Source of the DNA: an uncultured Pseudomonadota bacterium
Lineage (GTDB): Bacteria; Pseudomonadota; Alphaproteobacteria; Rs-D84
Reading direction: 5' to 3'
Assembly (NCBI GenBank): GCA_947165335.1
Contig: CAMVAB010000001.1
Location: 1-59,004, forward strand
DNA: 59,004 bases
The position numbers were made by a program, and so were the translations under genes. Positions 37,770 through 47,473 of this stretch are shown piece after piece (within the stretch, counting starts at the first letter, position 1; each line of letters opens with the position of its first letter). Below the pieces are notes generated by a model that was not told the DNA's origin, did no database searches, and saw nothing but the letters and a program-made list of their open reading frames with translations.

Positions 37770-38240
37770 TTACCACACCGATTCATACATCGCAGACCGG
37801 AACGTTGTATTCGTTTTAACCGCTGTCATACAATCGTTCGTGCAATTCGATGCACATGTTGCTGCATCCGTATAGGTATCTAAAAACATCCAATATGATG
37901 TTATCCCTGTTTCTGTTCCATACGAATATACGGGTTCCATTTTGCACCAACAATATTTGCCTTGGTCTACGGATGATGTGTATAAATTCGTTTGTGGGGT
38001 TGCGTATGTCCCGCTTATTCCATTACATGCTGCTATGCCTGTTACGCGTTTCGTTGTATTATTTCCATAATCAAAATCAACATACCATATTTTGCCATTG
38101 TTCGATGATGTCCCAGTCGTCCCGGCAATATTCTTTTTCAATATGCCAACATAAGTGTTGTTTTTCGCACACACCGTAACAGCATTTGCAATATCAATTC
38201 CAAATAAACATACAAAAAATAATATTAAAAATTTTTTCAT
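37770..38240 (-). CDS. Paralog of the DGR variable proteins with a decayed (non-TR-matching) VR region
   Basis: Signal peptide and YCWCK motif. C-terminus is ...TDAATCASNCTNDCMTAVKTNTTFRSAMYESVW. Only a 15-nt identical core (37836-37850) is shared with TR. Confidence 0.75.
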   Translation of the reverse strand: MKKFLILFFVCLFGIDIANAVTVCAKNNTYVGILKKNIAGTTGTSSNNGKIWYVDFDYGNNTTKRVTGIAACNGISGTYATPQTNLYTSSVDQGKYCWCKMEPVYSYGTETGITSYWMFLDTYTDAATCASNCTNDCMTAVKTNTTFRSAMYESVW

Positions 38241-38252
38241 GTTCCTTTCCTT

Positions 38253-39041
38253 TCACTCTGTTAACAGTTGCCACCCTGTAAACGAATATCCTGAACGCGA
38301 CGGCGGTGTTTGTGGCAAAACTATGTTTCCTTCGTAAAGACATGTGTTTGTCATCATAGTGTTTTCGCCGTCCGACCATGTCAAAGACACTGTTGGTGTT
38401 GGCAAATCAACACATGTATCACCCGGATTATTATCACAGCGCGTCGTTCGCGTGTATTTCGCATATGGTGATGTACAATTGCCGTTCGTCAATTCACCAA
38501 ATGTATTCGTATTTACTGCGACATCGTAATATCCATTTATACAATCACCCGCAACATACGATACGCAACTTCCCCCCGACAGATACCCATTCGTACATAA
38601 ATTAACCACATTCCCCATCAAAAATCCGTTATATACAGGGTCAAAATCATCCGGCAGCACAATTAACGAATATCCACCAATTTGACATATACCATCACCA
38701 GGCGCCGTAAATGTGGATTCTGTAATGCCAATATTATATGTGCCGTTCATACATGATCCCTGAGTAAACGATGTACAACTGCCACCGGTCAAATATCCGT
38801 CATCACACAAAGTGTGTGTCCCACCCATTACAAAACCATTATATATCGGTTCAAAATCATCCGGAATTTCAATTAATGTATATCCACCAAATTGACATAC
38901 ACCACCAACGGGTGAAACAAATGTAGAATCTATGACATTTGATGCAACGCTGTAACCATTTTGACATGTTGCAGACGCAAAAGCATCCATTGCAAATAAT
39001 TGCAATATAAATAATCTAAAAAATAATCTATACCTACTCAT
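38253..39041 (-). CDS. Secreted Cys-rich tandem-repeat protein with a C-terminal Flg_new repeat
   Basis: GGGGGAG RBS and signal peptide. Two repeats of about 70 aa (C.NG...C.GGY.LI..PDDF.P.YNGF.MG....LC..GYL.GGSC). Ends in GYSFTGWQLLTE. Confidence 0.7.
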   Translation of the reverse strand: MSRYRLFFRLFILQLFAMDAFASATCQNGYSVASNVIDSTFVSPVGGVCQFGGYTLIEIPDDFEPIYNGFVMGGTHTLCDDGYLTGGSCTSFTQGSCMNGTYNIGITESTFTAPGDGICQIGGYSLIVLPDDFDPVYNGFLMGNVVNLCTNGYLSGGSCVSYVAGDCINGYYDVAVNTNTFGELTNGNCTSPYAKYTRTTRCDNNPGDTCVDLPTPTVSLTWSDGENTMMTNTCLYEGNIVLPQTPPSRSGYSFTGWQLLTE

Positions 39042-39250
39042 TACTCCCCCACAAAACAACCACCGTAAATCGTTATGGTGGTTGGAGGTCAGTAGCTATA
39101 AAAACAGATATAGTGTGCTTATTCTATCTTTCGATATTATTCAGCATCCCTCCAACCAATATGTTGGAGGCATTTTTCGTCTGCTCTGCGACGCTGTTTT
39201 CCAATCAGGGCTACTGCACCCAGGCACAAGAACCCCTTGTGCTTAAGTCC

Positions 39251-39280
39251 AGTGTAGTAAAAAAACGATAATACTGTCAA
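39251..39280 (-). promoter_or_regulatory. Putative promoter of the DGR target operon
   Basis: On the minus strand: TTGACA, 18 nt, TACACT. A leader of roughly 200 nt follows. Confidence 0.45.
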
Positions 39281-39320
39281 CGGCTTTTTTCGACACGAAC
39301 ATATTCTCAAAAGCCGATTT

Positions 39321-41558
39321 TTACATGAAATTCATTGGGTTGACGTCTATTTTAACACGAACATTCGTTGGCGTTTTTATTTTGTTTAACCAATCACGAA
39401 CTATCGGTTGTAAATTTGCATTCGCATCACCTGATACCAAAAATCTCATACGGTACCAATTACGAATTTGATATATTTGTGCCGCAATTGGACCCATTAT
39501 CTTGCCACCGTTCAATTGTGGCGCAACCCGTTTTAAATCATCACAATATTTTTTAAGCGTTGTTTCTTTGCTGGCTTCGACAATTATCGCAACCAATTGT
39601 CCAAACGGTGGCATTTTTGCAGCGCGTCTTGATTCCATGTCAACCCCCATAAATTCATCCCTGTCGCCCGCACAAATCGCACGAATAACCGGATGTTCAG
39701 GGTTATATGTTTGTAATAATACGCGTCCTGGAAATTCACCACGACCCGCACGTCCGGCAACCTGGAATAATTGTTGGAAAGTATGTTCGCCAGAACGAAA
39801 ATCAGTCCCAAACAGTCCCATATCCGCATCAACAACACCAACAAGTGTTAAATTTGGAAAATGATGTCCTTTGGCCAGAATCTGGGTCCCAATCACAATA
39901 TCTATTTCGCCATTTTCCATTTCGTGAACCAATCTTTCCAATGCTTCGCGCGAAATCATTGTATCAGACGATACAATGGCTGTTTTTGCGTTTGGAAATT
40001 TAACCGAAATTTCTTCTTCTATTTTCTCTAACCCTGCCCCACGCATAGAAACATCCGAACCACATTTTGGACATTTTTTGGGCATCGCAACAGTTTTTCC
40101 ACACATGTGGCACACCATTTTATTCAGATGTTTATGATAATTCATGGACATTGAACATTCAGGACATTCACACACCCAACCGCATTTTTTACACTGAACA
40201 ATTGGTGCAAAACCACGACGATTTATAAACAACATAACCTGTTTATGTTCATCCAAAGTATTGCGTATTTCTTCGCATAATTCAGCCGATAAATTACCAC
40301 TTTTTTCTTCGTCATTTATTTTGTAAATTTCTGGACGCGATGTACGCATATCTATGGTTTCAATTTTTGGCAATGTCGCCCCACCAAAACGCGATGTCAG
40401 ACGAATGCGTTTATATTTCCCCAGCGCAACATTATGCAAAGTTTCAATAGACGGGGTCGCACTGGCCAATATAATTGGGAACCCTGAAATTTTACCCCGC
40501 AACACAGCCATATCGCGCGCATGGTAATTTCCCATATCTTCTTGTTTATACGATGGGTCATGTTCTTCATCAACAATAATCAACCCCAGATTTTGCCATG
40601 GTAAAAACAAAGCACTGCGTGTTCCAACAACAACCCTTATGTCGCCACGCGCAACACCCTGCCAGATATTGCGACGACGCGCAGATGTTAAATTGCTGTG
40701 CCACACCACAGGCGGATTTCCAAATCTTTGTTTAAACCGATCCATAAATTGTGCTGTTAATGCGATTTCAGGCATCATCAACAAAACTGATTTCCCATTG
40801 TTATACGCGTTTAACAGCGCATCAAAATAAACCTGAGTTTTACCAGACCCTGTTATACCATCCAACAAATGCACGCTAAATTCATTTTTATCTACGGCCG
40901 TTTTTAATATATCTGCAGCCGCCCTTTGTTCATCGTTTAAAACAACATTTTTCGTATCAAAATATTTATATATAAAATCAGTGTTTGTTTTTTCGCGAAC
41001 AACAGATTCAACCAATACACCACTTTTTATCATTCCGCGGACAACAGCGTTCCCAACATGCGCGATATTTACAATATCGTTTATTGACATTGCGTCATTA
41101 TCATTAGACTGAAATGCATCAAATACAGCCTGACGCGCATCTGTCATTTTAATTTTCGAATCAAAATTAACCCGATATAACTGTTCCGTCTTTGGTGGTA
41201 AAAACGCATCAGGCACATTTAATATCAGCCGCAAAACTGCGCCCGGCGTCATCAGCGTCCATTGCGACATTTTATAAATCCAATCTATATCAGCACGTGA
41301 TAGATGCCCGATATTACAAACTTCTATGATTGGTTTAATTTTTGAAATATCTAAATTGCCATCGCCACTTCCAACAATAACACCAATATATTGGCGATTC
41401 ATCACAGTCACACGAACAAAATCTCCGGTATCAGCGTTGGCTGTTAAACGATAGTCATAACCAGTATTTATGACATTTGGAATTAAAACTTTTACGATAT
41501 CGCCATCTTTGAACATATGTATAAAATACTTGTTTTTTTTTGTTTTTTCAATAATCAT
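39321..41558 (-). CDS. priA: Primosomal replication restart helicase PriA
   Basis: Walker A GITGSGKT, DEEH box and a Cys-rich zinc-binding insertion. The start may be the internal Met at 41516. Confidence 0.9.
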   Translation of the reverse strand: MIIEKTKKNKYFIHMFKDGDIVKVLIPNVINTGYDYRLTANADTGDFVRVTVMNRQYIGVIVGSGDGNLDISKIKPIIEVCNIGHLSRADIDWIYKMSQWTLMTPGAVLRLILNVPDAFLPPKTEQLYRVNFDSKIKMTDARQAVFDAFQSNDNDAMSINDIVNIAHVGNAVVRGMIKSGVLVESVVREKTNTDFIYKYFDTKNVVLNDEQRAAADILKTAVDKNEFSVHLLDGITGSGKTQVYFDALLNAYNNGKSVLLMMPEIALTAQFMDRFKQRFGNPPVVWHSNLTSARRRNIWQGVARGDIRVVVGTRSALFLPWQNLGLIIVDEEHDPSYKQEDMGNYHARDMAVLRGKISGFPIILASATPSIETLHNVALGKYKRIRLTSRFGGATLPKIETIDMRTSRPEIYKINDEEKSGNLSAELCEEIRNTLDEHKQVMLFINRRGFAPIVQCKKCGWVCECPECSMSMNYHKHLNKMVCHMCGKTVAMPKKCPKCGSDVSMRGAGLEKIEEEISVKFPNAKTAIVSSDTMISREALERLVHEMENGEIDIVIGTQILAKGHHFPNLTLVGVVDADMGLFGTDFRSGEHTFQQLFQVAGRAGRGEFPGRVLLQTYNPEHPVIRAICAGDRDEFMGVDMESRRAAKMPPFGQLVAIIVEASKETTLKKYCDDLKRVAPQLNGGKIMGPIAAQIYQIRNWYRMRFLVSGDANANLQPIVRDWLNKIKTPTNVRVKIDVNPMNFM

Positions 41559-41583
41559 TTACATCAAACAAAGGAAAAATTTT

Positions 41584-42306
41584 ATGTGGAAAACGTTTTT
41601 TGATTTTTGTTATTTTTGGTCATATTTTATTCTAAATAAAAAATGGCGCGACAACTATCGTGTGAACGTGTTGTTCGATTATCGCCATAAATTAAAGGTT
41701 TTATGTGAATCGTGCCCTGATATGAAAATCAAAAGTGTCCGCATGATTAAAGGCGGTTGGAACATTGGTTTCATAATTAACAATAAATACGTCTTCAAAA
41801 TCAGAAAAAAATTTGATGAAACGCGCGTTCCAAAAATTATCAAAGAAAAACGCATGACTGACGCTTTCCAAGACATCGTTCCATTATCTATACCAAAAAT
41901 AGAAATTGTTAAATCTGGGGGTTATACTTTCTATAGATATAATTTCATTCCCGGCCATAATATGAATGCCTTTTCCCTGCACACCATTATGAGACACCGC
42001 GATGTTTGGGCAAAACAATTGGCAGAATTTATTTTTGCTATGCATCATTCAAACCCGGTTGGTATTGACGATTTAAAAACAGACCGCCAAGGCGATGGCT
42101 GGCACCATAATGACATTTGCAATAATACTGTCGTCGATACAAAAACTATGAAAATCAGCGGTATTATCGATTGGGAATATTCAGGATGGAATTTTCTTGA
42201 AACAGAATTTATGAATTGTACTTTGTTTTCAAGTAAATTAAGAAAATCTGGTATAGATCAGCTGATTCGTGCCGAATATAAAAAATTAGAAGAAGCACAC
42301 AAATAA
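41584..42306 (+). CDS. Aminoglycoside/choline-kinase-like phosphotransferase (APH family)
   Basis: Catalytic loop WHHNDICNNT and IIDWEYSGW motif. Confidence 0.7.
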   Translation: MWKTFFDFCYFWSYFILNKKWRDNYRVNVLFDYRHKLKVLCESCPDMKIKSVRMIKGGWNIGFIINNKYVFKIRKKFDETRVPKIIKEKRMTDAFQDIVPLSIPKIEIVKSGGYTFYRYNFIPGHNMNAFSLHTIMRHRDVWAKQLAEFIFAMHHSNPVGIDDLKTDRQGDGWHHNDICNNTVVDTKTMKISGIIDWEYSGWNFLETEFMNCTLFSSKLRKSGIDQLIRAEYKKLEEAHK

Positions 42307-42366
42307 AAACTTGACAATTTTATTTTTTGTATTATATTGTCATCAAACAACAAAAAGGATGGCAAT

Positions 42367-43020
42367 ATGGCATTATCTGAAAAATTGAAAAAAATGCATG
42401 CCCAACAGGTTGCTTTTGCAGAGCAACAATTTGAAGCATACAAAGATTGGATCGTCAACGAATTCGTCAATGAATTTGGCGGTTCTTATCAAACTGCCGA
42501 AGGAATGAAAGATGTTTGGCGCAAAACATTTGAATACGCACCAGAATGCGAAAGTTTCTTGGAATTCAAAACCAGAATATTTATTCGTATGTTGCCAGAC
42601 CAAGAAAACATCACAAATACTCCTGTTTTCTTGAAAAACTTTATTCGCTTGGTAGCTGATTATTTGTCTGTATATGTATCACGTAAAAACTCTGATATAA
42701 AACACAATGACTGTGCAAACGAATTGTTTGACAGATTATACAGAGCATATGCAAACAGAGTTGTTAAAAATTATAACAAACAAAAAAATCTTGAATGGGG
42801 TCTGCAACAAAAAGCCAAACGCGAAGCACAAGAAGCAAAACAACAATCTTTAACACCTGTGCACGAAGGCAAAAGAAAACGTATTCGTCCTGTACGTTTT
42901 ACATTTAAAGAAGAACAACTTGATAAAATCAAAGAACAAAATGTTCGCGCAAGAATACGTTTAAAAAAACAAGAAATTGCTGAATTGAAAATATCTATCA
43001 GTGCATTAAGAGAACAATAA
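42367..43020 (+). CDS. Hypothetical protein with basic coiled-coil C-terminus
   Basis: ORF preceded by a TTGACA-type promoter. The start could be 42337 or 42367. Confidence 0.4.
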   Translation: MALSEKLKKMHAQQVAFAEQQFEAYKDWIVNEFVNEFGGSYQTAEGMKDVWRKTFEYAPECESFLEFKTRIFIRMLPDQENITNTPVFLKNFIRLVADYLSVYVSRKNSDIKHNDCANELFDRLYRAYANRVVKNYNKQKNLEWGLQQKAKREAQEAKQQSLTPVHEGKRKRIRPVRFTFKEEQLDKIKEQNVRARIRLKKQEIAELKISISALREQ

Positions 43021-43929
43021 TTATTTCAACATGCTAATTACACGTTCCAAATCGTCAAGATTTGGGACGTTTTTTATTTCCAAATCAGCATTGTATTGTC
43101 CACGGAACCAAGTGCGTTGACGTTTTGCATACTGATTCGTTTTTGTAATCCAATTTTGAATTGCGTTTTCTTTTGATATTTCACCACGCAACATTTTACA
43201 AATCTGCATTGCTCCAATAGCGCGCGTTTCATCCATATTGTTATCTATAATATATTTTGCTTCGTGTAACGCGCCACCATTTATCATGTTTGGAATACGT
43301 TTTGCGATTCGGTCTAATAATATTTCGCGTTCTGGTAAAACCAATATCTTAAAAGCCCCGGGAATCAGCGCACCAACACGTGGCATTTTTTGCCATTGCG
43401 ATAAATGCGTCCCTGTTTCAAGAAAAACTTCCAAGGCACGTGCAGTGCGTTGCGGATCGGTTTTATCAAAATCTTTTGGTAACATTTTGCGCACAGCGTC
43501 CATATCATTTTTTACCATATCGCGCGCGCGTTGACGGACATCATCACTAACATTTGGAATAGACGAAATACCATTTAACAAAACATTTATGTAATATCCG
43601 GTTCCGCCAACAAAGATTGGTGTTTTGCCCATTGCGATAATTTCATCCAATGTTTTTTTTGCTAAATTTAAATAGTCAGCAACACTGATATGTTCATTTA
43701 ACGAAAGAATTGAAAACAATCTGTATGGGACACCATCTATGTTATCAAAATTACCCGCGATACCAGCAAAAGGCGAAGCAGATATATTTTCAATACCACG
43801 ATATATTTGAACACTATCGCAATTTATAATTGCACCATTTATTTTGCGCGCTAAACAATGTGCAAAATCAGATTTGCCCGATGCGGTTGGCCCAGTAATA
43901 ACAATTGCGCGCTCTTTCATGATTTTCAT
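43021..43929 (-). CDS. miaA: tRNA dimethylallyltransferase
   Basis: P-loop ITGPTASGKS. Start at MKIMKER. The upstream 98 aa of the ORF-track call overlap the gap promoter region. Confidence 0.88.
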   Translation of the reverse strand: MKIMKERAIVITGPTASGKSDFAHCLARKINGAIINCDSVQIYRGIENISASPFAGIAGNFDNIDGVPYRLFSILSLNEHISVADYLNLAKKTLDEIIAMGKTPIFVGGTGYYINVLLNGISSIPNVSDDVRQRARDMVKNDMDAVRKMLPKDFDKTDPQRTARALEVFLETGTHLSQWQKMPRVGALIPGAFKILVLPEREILLDRIAKRIPNMINGGALHEAKYIIDNNMDETRAIGAMQICKMLRGEISKENAIQNWITKTNQYAKRQRTWFRGQYNADLEIKNVPNLDDLERVISMLK

Positions 43930-44038
43930 TATAGAAACGACTTTATATATTTGCAAGAAAACAACAGCAAAAAAATCAAATTGTGATATTTGTCCGGACA
44001 TGATAAAATAAGCATGATATGAAACGAAAGGATGAAAG

Positions 44039-45037
44039 ATGAAAAAAGTTCGCGTTGCTATAAATGGTTTTGGACGTATTGGCCGTCTGGTTTTGCGTGC
44101 CGCATTGGAATCGGGCCGCAAAGATATTGAATTTGTCGCTATTAACGATTTGGCACCAATTGAACAAAATGCGTTTTTGCTTGAATATGATTCAGTGCAT
44201 GGCAAATTAGATATGCCGGTCAAAATGCAAAAAGATTATATTATAGTTGGCAAACAAAAAATTAAATGTATTTCTGAACGCGATCCTTCTAAATATCCAT
44301 GGAAAAAATTAAATATTGATGTTGTTATGGAATGTACCGGTTTGTTTACTGCTGCCGACAAAGCACGCGTTCATATAGACGCCGGTGCAAAACGCGTTTT
44401 GGTTTCAGCACCGTCCGCTGGCGCTGATAAAACAATAGTATTCGGTGTAAACGACAATAAATTAACCAAGAAAGATATTATTGTTTCCAACGCATCTTGC
44501 ACAACAAATTGTTTAGCGCCTGTATTAAATGTTTTGGATAAAAAATTCGGTATTGAAAACGGTTGGATGACCACAGTTCACGCATACACCGGCGATCAAC
44601 AATTATTAGATAAAACACACAAAGATTTGCGTCGTGCACGCGCTGCGGCACTTTCTATGATTCCGACCAGCACCGGCGCAGCAAAAGCAATTGGTTTGGT
44701 GTTACCAAAACTCGCTGGCAAAATGGATGGTATTGCAATACGTGTTCCCACACCCGATGTATCAGTTATCGAATTGATATTGAATATGAAAAAAAAATTA
44801 ACGGCAGAAAAAGTTAACGAAGTTATGTTTGCATCACAATCGTCAATACTTGGGTTTAACGATAAACCATTGGTATCGATTGATTTCACAAATGATAAAC
44901 ACAGTTCTATATTCGATGCAACACAAACACGCGTTATCGACGGCAATGTTTTACATGTGACCGCATGGTATGATAACGAATGGGGCTTTTCAAACCGAAT
45001 GTGTGATACCGCCGTTGCAATCGGACAATTGATTTAA
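44039..45037 (+). CDS. gap: Glyceraldehyde-3-phosphate dehydrogenase
   Basis: INGFGRIGR and the active site SNASCTTNCLAP. Confidence 0.93.
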   Translation: MKKVRVAINGFGRIGRLVLRAALESGRKDIEFVAINDLAPIEQNAFLLEYDSVHGKLDMPVKMQKDYIIVGKQKIKCISERDPSKYPWKKLNIDVVMECTGLFTAADKARVHIDAGAKRVLVSAPSAGADKTIVFGVNDNKLTKKDIIVSNASCTTNCLAPVLNVLDKKFGIENGWMTTVHAYTGDQQLLDKTHKDLRRARAAALSMIPTSTGAAKAIGLVLPKLAGKMDGIAIRVPTPDVSVIELILNMKKKLTAEKVNEVMFASQSSILGFNDKPLVSIDFTNDKHSSIFDATQTRVIDGNVLHVTAWYDNEWGFSNRMCDTAVAIGQLI

Positions 45038-45065
45038 AAAAACCGTCCAATCGGACGGTTTTTTT
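45036..45065. terminator. Bidirectional terminator
   Basis: aaccgtcc-aatc-ggacggtt flanked by A- and T-runs. Confidence 0.8.
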
Positions 45066-46287
45066 ACATTTTTTTAAATATCAATGAAGTGTTTATTCCA
45101 CCAAATGCGAAATTGTTATTCATTACATAATTGGTTTCGATTTCACGTCCCGTGCCCATTATGTAATCTAATTTTCCGCATTCTGGATCTGGATTAACCA
45201 AATTCAATGTTGGTGCAAACCAACCATTATTCATCATTTTAATTGCCCAAATCGATTCCAATGCACCACACGCACCCAGTGTGTGTCCAACATAGCCTTT
45301 TTGTGTGCTGCAAGGTGTGTTATTGCCAAACACGCTTTCCGTTGCCAATGATTCCGCTATATCGCCATGTTTTGTTCCGGTTCCATGCATATCAATATAA
45401 CCAATATTTTCAGGTTTTAAATCTGCACATTGTAATGATAAACGCATACACCCGGCCATTGTATCTTTGTTTGGTTGTGTTATGTGTGTGCCGTCTGTAT
45501 TTGTTCCAAAACCAACAATTTCAGCATATATTCGCGCACCACGTTTAACAGCATGTTCATATTCTTCTAATATCAAAGTTGCCGCGCCTTCACCGATAAC
45601 CAGACCATCACGCGCCACATCAAACGGCGATGGTGTTTTATCAGGCGTATCGTTTTTCACACTGGTCGCATACAATGTATCAAATACAGCAACCTGGGTT
45701 GGATCTAATTCTTCGGCACCACCTGCAATCATAACATCTTGGGCGCCTGATTTAATTGCTTCATATGCATAACCTATGGATAAACTGCCCGATGTACACG
45801 CTGTTCCACTTGGTATCAAACGCCCTGTCGTTTTGAAATATAATGAAATATTAACAGCCGTCGTTTGTGGCATAATTTTTATATACGATGATGAATTTAT
45901 CGGGCCAACTTCGTGTGTTTGAACCATCGAATAAAAATCAAGAACCGGCCCCGCAGAACCAAACGAAGAACCATATGCAACGCCACAACGACCCGAAGTT
46001 ATAATTTCATCATTTAATAACCCTGCATCCGTTAATGCTTGTTCCGATGCATAAACTGCCATCACAGAAACAGGTCCCATCGTGCGTAAAACTTTGCGTG
46101 TATAATGTTCCGGTATTGTAAAATCGTTTACTGGTGCAACCATATGTGCGTTTAACCCTTTGATTTCTTTCAAATCGTCACGCACAACAACTGCGTTTTT
46201 ATAAGTGTGCAAACGTTTATACGAACTTTCCACATCGCACCCCAGTGCGCTGACCAATCCCATTCCTGTAATAACAACGCGTTTCAT
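45064..46287 (-). CDS. Beta-ketoacyl-ACP synthase (FabB/F-like; ApeR-like position)
   Basis: Cys-His-His triad motifs GTACTSGS, HGTGTKHGD and GHTLGACG. Confidence 0.85.
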   Translation of the reverse strand: MKRVVITGMGLVSALGCDVESSYKRLHTYKNAVVVRDDLKEIKGLNAHMVAPVNDFTIPEHYTRKVLRTMGPVSVMAVYASEQALTDAGLLNDEIITSGRCGVAYGSSFGSAGPVLDFYSMVQTHEVGPINSSSYIKIMPQTTAVNISLYFKTTGRLIPSGTACTSGSLSIGYAYEAIKSGAQDVMIAGGAEELDPTQVAVFDTLYATSVKNDTPDKTPSPFDVARDGLVIGEGAATLILEEYEHAVKRGARIYAEIVGFGTNTDGTHITQPNKDTMAGCMRLSLQCADLKPENIGYIDMHGTGTKHGDIAESLATESVFGNNTPCSTQKGYVGHTLGACGALESIWAIKMMNNGWFAPTLNLVNPDPECGKLDYIMGTGREIETNYVMNNNFAFGGINTSLIFKKM

Positions 46288-47012
46288 TAAATCATCCCCC
46301 CATTTACTGATATGACCTGACGTGTGATGTATGCAGCGTCATCACTTAAAAGATACGCAACCAAAGATGCGATTTCTTTCGGTTGTCCCATACGACGCAT
46401 AGGTATCATTTTTTGAATTTCTTCAATTGGTAATTGTGCTGTCATATCTGTTTCAATTACGCCCGGCGCAATTGCATTTACTGTGATATTGCGTTTTGCT
46501 AATTCAACAGCCAAAGATTTCACAGCACCAATTATACCCGCTTTGGATGCGGCATAATTAACCTGGCCCCTGTTTCCCATTACACCCGATATAGACGACA
46601 TCGCAATAATACGACCCGGTCTGCGTGCCGAAATCATAGGCATAACACATGGGTGCAACACATTATAAAGACCATCTAAATTAGTATGTAAAACTTTGTC
46701 CCACGCATCGCCGTCCATAACCGGAAAAGGATTATCATCATTTATCCCCGCATTACAAATAACACCATAATATGCACCATGTTCATTTATATCTTCTGAT
46801 AAAACTTTTTCTGTTTGTTCGCGATTTGAAATATCAAAAGATAAAATACGTGCATTGGCCCCTAAATCTTTGACTTCACTTAAAGTTTTTTCAACCGCTG
46901 CTTTGTTGGAATTGTAATGCAAAACTAAATCATACCCCAGCGGTGCCAGATAAAGCGCTATTGCACGACCTATACCACGAGAAGCCCCAGTAATCAAAAC
47001 AGTTTTATTCAT
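46287..47012 (-). CDS. fabG: 3-oxoacyl-ACP reductase (SDR; ApeQ-like)
   Basis: TGASRGIGRAIA and YAASKAG motifs. Confidence 0.85.
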   Translation of the reverse strand: MNKTVLITGASRGIGRAIALYLAPLGYDLVLHYNSNKAAVEKTLSEVKDLGANARILSFDISNREQTEKVLSEDINEHGAYYGVICNAGINDDNPFPVMDGDAWDKVLHTNLDGLYNVLHPCVMPMISARRPGRIIAMSSISGVMGNRGQVNYAASKAGIIGAVKSLAVELAKRNITVNAIAPGVIETDMTAQLPIEEIQKMIPMRRMGQPKEIASLVAYLLSDDAAYITRQVISVNGGMI

Positions 47013-47472
47013 TTGTTTCCCCCATAAAATCGTTTATGTCGTCTGGTCGAAAAGCATTAAGATTTGCGTTCGCAACCAAATTGTTTTTTGAATCGTATAT
47101 ATGACATTCAAAAGATGCTATGTTATTATCACAAAACATAGATTTCACATGTACATAATAACTTTCATCTTTATTGAATACAGGTATCATTACATGTAAA
47201 TCACGTGAACCCATAATAAATCCAGCAACCGCTTTTGTAGAACCTGTTAAATGAATGTCTTGTGCACCAATATAACACGCGATAGATTGTGCCATATATT
47301 CAAGCGCCACCGCCCCAGGCACACCATTTATATTTTTTTGAAATAATAAATCAGTATCTTTAACATCAATTCGTGTTACCATTTTTTGTTCATCAAAATC
47401 AACGCTTTCTATCGCACTAATAAATGCCATCGGCGCTTTCTGTGGTAATAAATCAATTGGATTTAAATTCAT
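47005..47472 (-). CDS. Hotdog-fold 3-hydroxyacyl-ACP dehydratase (ApeP-like)
   Basis: 155 aa, located between the KS and KR genes. Confidence 0.6.
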   Translation of the reverse strand: MNLNPIDLLPQKAPMAFISAIESVDFDEQKMVTRIDVKDTDLLFQKNINGVPGAVALEYMAQSIACYIGAQDIHLTGSTKAVAGFIMGSRDLHVMIPVFNKDESYYVHVKSMFCDNNIASFECHIYDSKNNLVANANLNAFRPDDINDFMGETNE

Positions 47473-47473
47473 T

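Larger units (their letters stand above)
35038..39041 (-). mobile_element. Diversity-generating retroelement cassette (three secreted-protein genes, VR1, TR, accessory ORF, RT)
   Basis: See the component features. The TR/VR1 alignment shows adenine-only mismatches. Confidence 0.9.

Noticed and set aside
43930-44223. 98-aa N-terminal extension of miaA; similar long extensions at 48611-48790 (KS), 10486-10617 (SIMPL), 9666-9725 (ligA) and 37676-37786 (variable protein 1)
   Set aside because: The extensions run through promoter or intergenic regions, lack homology-like sequence, and internal Met codons with RBSs give canonical N-termini.
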